From Schaalia meyeri (lineage in GTDB: Bacteria; Actinomycetota; Actinomycetes; Actinomycetales; Actinomycetaceae), in NCBI RefSeq assembly GCF_900105015.1, contig NZ_FNLK01000010.1:60001-92000 (forward strand): 32,000 nt of DNA. The letters run 5' to 3'. The position numbers were made by a program, and so were the translations under genes. The notes beneath the pieces were generated by a model. The model ran no database searches and had not been told where the DNA came from. It was given only the letters and a program-made list of their open reading frames with translations. Shown here one piece after another: positions 25,434 through 32,000 of this stretch; within the stretch, counting starts at the first letter, position 1; each line of letters starts with the position of its first letter.

Positions 25434-26968
25434 GTCCAGTGGCCGCGGGCTTGAAGGGCCCCGATATTCCAGGTTTCCGATGGGTTCGTCCGCTGGGGCA
25501 GGGCGGCTTCGCCGACGTGTTTTTGTATCGTCAGGAGCTGCCCAGCCGCGACGTGGCGATCAAGGTCGTGCGCGCGCAGGGGGATGAGCGGGGCACGAAG
25601 GAGCTGCATCGCGAAGCAGACGCGATGACGCTGCTGTCCGGCCACCCCTCTGTCGTGGAGCTGCACGGCGTGGGCACGACCGCGGATGGGCGCGCCTACC
25701 TGGTGATGGAATATTGCCCGGTGGCTGATCTGCTCACGCAGGTGCGCGCGCGTCCGATGTCTCTGGAGACGGCGCTGGACATGATGATCAAGATGTGTGG
25801 CGTGGTCGAGACGTTTCATTGGAAGGGCTACGTGCATCGCGACATTAAGCCGTCGAACATCATGCTGGACGCCTATGGAAAACCGGTGTTGGCTGACTTT
25901 GGCGTGGCCTCGAAGGCGGGGCAGCTGGAGGTTGGCGCATTCGATGGTTTTTCGGTCCTGTGGGCGCCTCCGGAGCAGCAGGACGTGTCCTCCGCTGCGT
26001 CGCCGTTGCAGGACGTGTGGGCGCTGGCATCGACGACGTGGACGTTCGTGACGGGGCGCAGCCCGTTCGAGGATCCAATCGGGGATAATTCGGCGGCGTC
26101 GATCGCGAATCGTGTGCAGCGCGGGCGCGTGCGCGCCTTGGGGCGGGCGGACGCTCCGGCGGAGTTGGAGCGAGTGCTGCGCACCGCGATGTCCGTCGAT
26201 CTGGCGGAGCGCACGCAGTCTGCGAAGGCGTTTGGCGAGGGGCTGCAGCGCGTCCAAAAAGAGCTGGGGTACCCGCGCACGGAGATGGAAATAAAGGAGA
26301 AGCGTTCGAAGGCGGCCGCCGCTGCGGTCAGCGCGGACGACAGGACCCGTCTGCGCGGCGCGGCATTGATCGACGCGGATGCGACGCGCCTGCGCTCCTC
26401 CTCGCCCTATTCCTTTGAGGGGGGAACGGGTTCCGGAGGCGTCGAGGCCGTAGCGGATTCGTGGAAGAGCGAGCGCTCCGCTGACTTAGACGATTCCTCC
26501 TCCAGCCGCGTCGTCGAGGAGGCGGCGGCAACCGGGAGGGGCCTGACCCCGGTGACGGGTGCGATTCTGGCGCTGCTGGCCGCGGTGATCGCCGCGGGCC
26601 TGGTCGTGGGTATGCTGCGCGGCCAGGGTTCTTTTACTCGTATCGCGCCCGGGAAGGAGACGACGACCCCGTCTGCGGCTCCGGGTGACGCGTTGGGCGC
26701 CGCCCCGCCGCAGGTGACGGATTTGACGGGCGAGTACGCGGACGGCCTGGTGGCGTGGAAGTGGAGTGCCCCGGAGGGCATCGCCCAATCCGACATCGTG
26801 TACGTGTACGAGGGGTCGAGTGAGGGGGGAACCTCGCGCGGTCGCGTCAACGAGACGACTGTGAGCGTGGACGCCTCCAGCGGAGAGAACTGTATGCAGG
26901 TCACAACGGTGTCGCGGTCGTCGGGGCGTTTGTCCGATCCGGTTCGCGCGTGCGTGACCGTTCCGTGA
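25430..26968 (+). CDS. Receptor-type Ser/Thr protein kinase (Hanks type)
   Basis: GTG overlaps the upstream TGA (GTGA). Kinase motifs: G-loop LGQGGFADV, VAIKV lysine, HRDIKPSNIML, DFG, APPE. A single TM helix (about 26545-26617) precedes a ~115-aa ectodomain with an FN3-like pattern. Confidence 0.9.
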   Translation: MSPVAAGLKGPDIPGFRWVRPLGQGGFADVFLYRQELPSRDVAIKVVRAQGDERGTKELHREADAMTLLSGHPSVVELHGVGTTADGRAYLVMEYCPVADLLTQVRARPMSLETALDMMIKMCGVVETFHWKGYVHRDIKPSNIMLDAYGKPVLADFGVASKAGQLEVGAFDGFSVLWAPPEQQDVSSAASPLQDVWALASTTWTFVTGRSPFEDPIGDNSAASIANRVQRGRVRALGRADAPAELERVLRTAMSVDLAERTQSAKAFGEGLQRVQKELGYPRTEMEIKEKRSKAAAAAVSADDRTRLRGAALIDADATRLRSSSPYSFEGGTGSGGVEAVADSWKSERSADLDDSSSSRVVEEAAATGRGLTPVTGAILALLAAVIAAGLVVGMLRGQGSFTRIAPGKETTTPSAAPGDALGAAPPQVTDLTGEYADGLVAWKWSAPEGIAQSDIVYVYEGSSEGGTSRGRVNETTVSVDASSGENCMQVTTVSRSSGRLSDPVRACVTVP

Positions 26969-27044
26969 GAGCGATCACCTAATCGCGCCAGTTTTGTTGC
27001 GCGCAGCGCGTCTCTTCGTGGCGAGGCACCGGTTACGTCGCGTG

Positions 27045-27050
27045 TAGAAT
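27045..27050 (+). promoter_or_regulatory. Candidate -10 box (TAGAAT) in the kinase-phosphatase gap, bracketed by GGTTAC(C)GTCGCG direct repeats
   Basis: TAGAAT lies 54 nt upstream of ATG 27105. The repeats are at 27031-27042 and 27051-27063. Confidence 0.35.
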
Positions 27051-27104
27051 GGTTACCGTCGCGCGTAATCCCTCGCGCCCAACACAGTGGAAAGATGAAG
27101 GCAG

Positions 27105-27977
27105 ATGGCTCTCGATGAACAGGCGGAGCAGCCCGCAGTTCGGTGGGGTGCATCGACCGACATCGGGCCGGTTCGATCAGAGAACGAGGACTCGTGGCTG
27201 GCGGTTCCGCCTGTCTTTGCGGTCGCCGATGGGATGGGTGGTCACCTGGGCGGCGCTCAGGCCTCGTCCACGGCTGTTCTCACGCTGCAGGAGTTTCTCA
27301 GCCCCGACAGGCTAGGCGACCGCGCGGTGGACTTGGTGGACCTGTCCGTTGCGATTGATTCGGCTGCCGCTGCGGTAGCCGCGCTGGCGTCGGACGATAA
27401 CCCGATGGGCGCGCCCGGCACGACGCTGTCGGGCCTCATGGTACTGCACACGGCCGAGGGCCCCTACTGGCTTTCCTTTAACGTGGGCGATTCGCGCGCG
27501 TACGTGGTGGGCGGCGGCGGAATCCGTCAGCTCACGCATGACCACTCGGCCCTGCAGGAGGCGCGCGACTTGGCGGCTGTCTCGGGTGCGCCGCGGGTGA
27601 TTCCCCCGGCGAACGTCGTGACGAAGGCGCTGGGCGCCGGGCAGTGCGGGACCGTGAAGGCCGACTATACAATTATGCCGTTGGAGGACGGCGATCGGGC
27701 GGTCATCTGTACGGACGGCGTACACGGAGTGCTTCAGGATGCGCAGCTATATGCGCTGGTTGCCGCGGGGAACGGTCCGCAGGGAAACGCCGACGATCTG
27801 ATTCAGGCTTCTCTCGAGGCGGGTACTCGGGACAATACGACAGCCGTTGTGGTTTACGCAGGAACCGAATCGCGAGTAACATTGACATCGAATGTCATGA
27901 GTCGAATGATTCAACCAGTACGTCCGGCGTCGATCGAGACCGCTCGCCGGATTCCTCGCAGAAAAGGCAGTAACTGA
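27105..27977 (+). CDS. PP2C-family Ser/Thr phosphatase
   Basis: Motifs RSENEDS, FAVADGMGGHLGG, ICTDGV and GTRDNTTAVVV. There is no TM segment. Confidence 0.9.
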   Translation: MALDEQAEQPAVRWGASTDIGPVRSENEDSWLAVPPVFAVADGMGGHLGGAQASSTAVLTLQEFLSPDRLGDRAVDLVDLSVAIDSAAAAVAALASDDNPMGAPGTTLSGLMVLHTAEGPYWLSFNVGDSRAYVVGGGGIRQLTHDHSALQEARDLAAVSGAPRVIPPANVVTKALGAGQCGTVKADYTIMPLEDGDRAVICTDGVHGVLQDAQLYALVAAGNGPQGNADDLIQASLEAGTRDNTTAVVVYAGTESRVTLTSNVMSRMIQPVRPASIETARRIPRRKGSN

Positions 27978-29311
27978 TGCTTCAGATTGGACGCTTCCTG
28001 TGTCGCGGACAGGGCGCGATGCTCGTCACCGGACCGCTCGGTGCAGCGTTGGTTCCGCTGGATTTCGCGGATTCCGCGGCTGATGTCGTGTGGGGGCGTG
28101 CGGACACCCAGGCGTGGCTGTCTCACGTGCAGGCCGAACAGGGCGACGTCCTGCTGTTGGACTGCGCCGGCGAGCAGCCGTACCTGACGGTGCTCGGCAA
28201 CATCCAGCTGCGCATGCGCGCCGCCGGTCAGATCACCGAGCAGGTGTGGACCGACCCGATTTGGGCGTGGCCCTTTAATCCCGGCGAGTGGCAGACCTTT
28301 GAGGCCACCATCATCGACGGCGACGAGGTGACGTGGATGGTTCCCGCTGCCGACCGCGTCGAGGCCGCCGAGATCCGCATCGGTCGCGCTCTGGACGAGG
28401 TCGAGGCCATGGCCTCGATGCCCGTCGACACGATGGGCTTCCTCATCAACCCCGATATTCCCGATCACGAGCGTCGCGCGCGCAGAGAGGCCCGCGAGGA
28501 GCTTCCCGAGCCGTCGGTGCGCACCTCCTCCGTTGATCTGGAGGCCCTTGAGGCGCAGTTCCTGGCGGCCACCAACAACCCCCCGGTGTTCCTCTCGTCC
28601 TCCCGCGGGTCCTCCTCCGATGCGGATGAGGCCGCCCATGCTCCCGCCGAGCCGGACCAGGATGAGCCGGTCGAGCGGATCGACGAGGCGCCCAAGAAGG
28701 ATATCGAGCAGCCCTCGGGCGACCTTTACGTCGTCGCCGCCACGGAGGAGCCGCCGGTTGACACGGCGGAGTCCGCCTCCTCTGAACGCGCGGGCGCCTT
28801 CGACGAACCCAGCGCCCCCTCCGTTCCCGAGCCCGCCCCGGAACCCGTGATGGGCTCTCCCGCCGCGCCCGAGGCCATGAGTGCCGTTGGCCTGGCTGGC
28901 TTGAACGCGGAAACCGACACCGAATCCACGATTCTGCGTCTGCCCTCCGTGGACTCCGGCCCCGCCGCTCCGGTCGCCTTCCTCATTCACGGCGGCACCG
29001 TCCCCGTCGAGGTCTCACGCGATGTCGTCATCGGTCGCGATCCCGACGCGTCCGCCCTCACCGGCCGCCCCGCCGCCACCGTCCTGCGCGTTCCCAGTCC
29101 CGCGACGGAGATCTCGCGTTCTCACTGCGCCGTCATGATCACCGCCCCCGGCTCGTGGGCGCTCATGGATCTCGGCAGTGCGAATGGCACCGTCCTGCGC
29201 CACGCCGACGGCTCCTTCCAGGACGTCACCCCCATGGTGGCTCTCTCTCTGAGCGACGGTGACCTCATCGACGTCGGTGAGGGGACCACGGTCGAGTTCC
29301 GAGTGCGTTGA
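27977..29311 (+). CDS. FHA-domain protein with an unassigned N-terminal domain and a long acidic/Pro-rich linker
   Basis: ATG overlaps the PP2C stop (TGATG). The C-terminal ~95 aa carry FHA motifs (VVIGRD, EISRSHCAV, LMDLGSANGTVL, LSDGDLIDVG). The middle ~170 aa are low-complexity and rich in E/D/P/S/A. Confidence 0.85.
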   Translation: MLQIGRFLCRGQGAMLVTGPLGAALVPLDFADSAADVVWGRADTQAWLSHVQAEQGDVLLLDCAGEQPYLTVLGNIQLRMRAAGQITEQVWTDPIWAWPFNPGEWQTFEATIIDGDEVTWMVPAADRVEAAEIRIGRALDEVEAMASMPVDTMGFLINPDIPDHERRARREAREELPEPSVRTSSVDLEALEAQFLAATNNPPVFLSSSRGSSSDADEAAHAPAEPDQDEPVERIDEAPKKDIEQPSGDLYVVAATEEPPVDTAESASSERAGAFDEPSAPSVPEPAPEPVMGSPAAPEAMSAVGLAGLNAETDTESTILRLPSVDSGPAAPVAFLIHGGTVPVEVSRDVVIGRDPDASALTGRPAATVLRVPSPATEISRSHCAVMITAPGSWALMDLGSANGTVLRHADGSFQDVTPMVALSLSDGDLIDVGEGTTVEFRVR

Positions 29312-29330
29312 CATACATTCGACACGTGAT

Positions 29331-29359
29331 GTGGGGCGGGCCAGGTGGGCTCGCCCCAC
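29331..29359 (+). terminator. Stem-loop terminator candidate after the FHA gene
   Basis: GTGGGGCGGGCC-aggtg-GGGCTCGCCCCAC forms a 12-bp stem (one G-U pair) and begins 20 nt after the stop. It is followed by ACTCGTTTG. Confidence 0.6.
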
Positions 29360-29531
29360 ACTCGTTTGACGCGGTGCGGTCGCCTAAGAAACGGCCCGGG
29401 CCTGGTACATATCGGGACAACCAGTCGCCGTCGTGGCGTAAGGTGACCTAGGTCCCGTGATCAGTGTATTCTTTCCTGTGGTAGCGGCCCGGGCGCGGGC
29501 CGGTCACATGCAACCACGGAAGTTGAGGACC

Positions 29532-32000
29532 ATGATGGTCAAGTACGTATATGACTTCTCCGAGGGTGACAAGTCCATGAAGGACCTGCTCGGAGGAAAG
29601 GGAGCGAACCTAGCCGAGATGACGAAGCTCGGCCTGCCCGTTCCCCCCGGCTTCACGATCACCACCGAGGCATGCCGGGCATACCTCAAGGATTCGGTCG
29701 TCCCCGAGTCCCTGGCCACCGAGGTCACCACCGCCCTGCGTCGCGTCGAAGACCAGATGGGCCGCGTGCTGGGCGACGCGACCGATCCGCTCTTGGTTTC
29801 CGTGCGAAGCGGCGCGAAGTTCTCCATGCCCGGCATGATGGAAACCGTCTTGAATATCGGCCTCAACGACGAATCCGTTCGCGGCCTCGTCGCCTCCAGC
29901 GGTAACGAGCGCTTCGCGTGGGACTCTTACCGCCGCCTCATCCAGATGTTCGGCAAGACCGTGCTCGACATCGACGGCGACCTGTTCTCCGACGCACTCG
30001 ATGGCCTCAAGGCCGAGCGCGGCGTCACGGGGGACACGGAACTGACCGCCGACGACCTGCGCGGCCTCGTTGACACCTTCAAGGGCATCGTCAAGGAACA
30101 GACCGGGCAGGACTTCCCGCAGGACCCGCGCACCCAGATGGACATGGCCATCGAGGCCGTCTTCCGTTCCTGGAACACCGAGCGCGCCCGCATCTACCGC
30201 CGCCGCGAGCGTATCCCCCACGACCTGGGTACCGCCGTCAACGTCTGCACCATGGTGTTCGGAAACATGGGCGAGAACTCCGGCACGGGCGTGTGCTTCA
30301 CCCGCGACCCCTCTTCTGGCCACTCGGGCGTCTACGGTGATTACCTGGAGAACGCGCAGGGCGAGGACGTCGTCGCCGGCATCCGCAACACGCTGGCCCT
30401 GGCTGACCTGAAGCGCATCAACAAGCCCGTGTACGACGAGCTGCGCTCCATCATGCGCAAGCTCGAGACGCACTACCGCGACATGTGCGACATCGAGTTC
30501 ACGGTCGAGCGCGGCAAGCTGTGGATGCTGCAGACCCGCGTCGGCAAGCGCACGGCGGCAGCCGCGTTCCGTATCGCCACGCAGCTGGTTTCCGAAAAGC
30601 TCATCACGCGCGACGAGTCCCTGGGTCGCGTGACCGGCGACCAGCTCACCCAGCTGATGTTCCCGCAGTTCGACGCGAAGGCCGACAAGGAACTGATCGC
30701 GCGCGGCATGGCTGCCTCTCCGGGTGCGGCCGTCGGTAAGATTGCCTTCAATAACGAGCAGGCCATCCTCGCCGCCGAGAAGGGGCTCAAGACCGTCCTG
30801 GTGCGGCGCGAAACCAACCCCGATGACCTGCCCGGCATGGTCGCCGCCGAGGGCGTGTTGACCGCGCGTGGCGGCAAGACCTCTCACGCCGCGGTCGTCG
30901 CGCGCGGCATGGGTAAGACCTGCGTGTGTGGCGCCGAGGCGCTCGTGATCGATGCTGCGGCAGGCACCGTCACGATCGGCGACCTGGTTCTGACCGGCGA
31001 TGACACGATCGCGATCGACGGCCAGACCGGCGAGATCTTCCGCGGAGAGGTGCCCGTCACCGACTCACCCGTCACCACCTACCTGGCGGAGGGCCTCGAA
31101 GCGGGCCTGGCTGCCGCCGGCGAAGACGAGGGGACCCGCGAGCTGGTCAGGGCGGTCGACAAGATTCTGGCTCATGCCGACAAGGTCCGCCGCCTGCGCG
31201 TGCGCGCCAACGCGGACACCCCGCTGGACTCAAAGCGCGCCATCGAATTCGGCGCGGAGGGCATCGGATTGTGCCGCACCGAGCACATGTTCCTGGGCGA
31301 GCGGCGCCCGCTGGTCGAGCGAGCCATCCTCTCTGCCCCCGCCTCCCCCGAGCGTCAGGCCGCGTTCGACGAGCTGGAGAAGCTGCAAAAGCAGGACTTC
31401 CTGGAGATGCTTCAGGTCATGGATGGCAAGTCGATGACCGTGCGCCTCATCGACCCGCCGCTGCACGAGTTCATGCCGGCGCTCATCGAGTTGGAGACCA
31501 AGGTCGCCGTCGGCAAGGCCACCGGCACTTTAGATCCCGCGGACGAGAGCATGCTGGCAGAGGTGCGCCGCATGCACGAGCAGAACCCCATGCTGGGCCT
31601 GCGCGGCGTGCGCCTGGGCATCTACCTGCCCGGCCTGTTTGCCCTGCAGATGCGCGCCCTGTGTGAGGCCACCGCGGAGCTGGTCGCGCGAGGCCTGCAT
31701 CCCGAGCCGGAGATCATGGTGCCTCTGGTCGGCTCCGTGCGTGAGCTTCAGCTGGTGCGCGAGGAGGGCGAGGCCATCATCGCCGACGTGGCCCGGGCCC
31801 GCGGCGTGGATCTGTCGGGCGTGACGATCGGTGCGATGATCGAGCTGCCGCGCGCCGCGATGACCGCCGAGGATCTGGCTGAGGAAGCCGACTTCTTCAG
31901 CTTCGGCACGAACGACCTGACGCAGACCGTGTGGGGCTTCTCGCGCGACGACGTTGAGGGCGTTTTCTTCCCGCACTACATTGAGGCGGGAATCTTTGGC
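29532..32000 (+). CDS. ppdK: Pyruvate, phosphate dikinase (5' 823 codons; runs off the window)
   Basis: Not in the ORF track because there is no stop in the window. GAGGA RBS then ATG 29532. N-terminus reads MMVKYVYDFSEGDKSMKDLLGGKGANLAEMTKLGLPVPPGFTITTEAC. The phospho-His motif GGKTSHAAVVARGMGKTCVCG has its His codon at 30885-30887. Confidence 0.95.
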   Translation, partial: MMVKYVYDFSEGDKSMKDLLGGKGANLAEMTKLGLPVPPGFTITTEACRAYLKDSVVPESLATEVTTALRRVEDQMGRVLGDATDPLLVSVRSGAKFSMPGMMETVLNIGLNDESVRGLVASSGNERFAWDSYRRLIQMFGKTVLDIDGDLFSDALDGLKAERGVTGDTELTADDLRGLVDTFKGIVKEQTGQDFPQDPRTQMDMAIEAVFRSWNTERARIYRRRERIPHDLGTAVNVCTMVFGNMGENSGTGVCFTRDPSSGHSGVYGDYLENAQGEDVVAGIRNTLALADLKRINKPVYDELRSIMRKLETHYRDMCDIEFTVERGKLWMLQTRVGKRTAAAAFRIATQLVSEKLITRDESLGRVTGDQLTQLMFPQFDAKADKELIARGMAASPGAAVGKIAFNNEQAILAAEKGLKTVLVRRETNPDDLPGMVAAEGVLTARGGKTSHAAVVARGMGKTCVCGAEALVIDAAAGTVTIGDLVLTGDDTIAIDGQTGEIFRGEVPVTDSPVTTYLAEGLEAGLAAAGEDEGTRELVRAVDKILAHADKVRRLRVRANADTPLDSKRAIEFGAEGIGLCRTEHMFLGERRPLVERAILSAPASPERQAAFDELEKLQKQDFLEMLQVMDGKSMTVRLIDPPLHEFMPALIELETKVAVGKATGTLDPADESMLAEVRRMHEQNPMLGLRGVRLGIYLPGLFALQMRALCEATAELVARGLHPEPEIMVPLVGSVRELQLVREEGEAIIADVARARGVDLSGVTIGAMIELPRAAMTAEDLAEEADFFSFGTNDLTQTVWGFSRDDVEGVFFPHYIEAGIFG

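Noticed and set aside
29610-30887. 425-aa minus-strand ORF
   Set aside because: It is antisense to ppdK. The ppdK frame is missing from the track only because it has no stop within the window, and its N-terminus and phospho-His motif are unambiguous.

Overview
High-G+C actinobacterial chromosomal segment. The gene content looks Actinomycetaceae-like, but the taxon is inference. Plus-strand housekeeping genes (rlmB, purA, ygfZ, dtd, clpC and the 5' part of ppdK) flank two accessory blocks. Block 1 (about 1.4-6.0 kb, minus strand, visibly A/T-richer) holds a lone WXG100 gene, which resembles a type VII secretion substrate. Upstream of it sit four tightly coupled tandem paralogs of a ~200-235 aa family I cannot assign. 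One paralog is split by a fresh ISL3-family insertion with perfect 22-bp IRs and an intact 8-bp target duplication. Another appears frameshifted. Block 2 (14.4-29.3 kb, plus strand) is a seven-gene, largely translationally coupled cluster. It encodes, in order: a 1950-aa N-terminally anchored surface protein (roughly ten Ca-binding cadherin/Ig-like modules, FN3 modules and a low-GC C-terminal tip); a MoxR AAA+ ATPase; a DUF58 protein; a multi-pass transglutaminase-like protein whose Cys-His-Asp triad reads Asp-Arg-Asp; a receptor Ser/Thr kinase with an FN3-like ectodomain; a PP2C phosphatase; and an FHA protein. This cluster is my best candidate for an uncharacterised system, and the paralog array is second. 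Other points: a frameshifted nitrobindin-like gene, and a 527-bp GC-rich noncoding stretch carrying a perfect 12-bp hairpin and two copies of a 30-nt repeat. I saw no tRNA, rRNA or CRISPR. Most long antisense ORFs in the track are GC-driven shadow ORFs.
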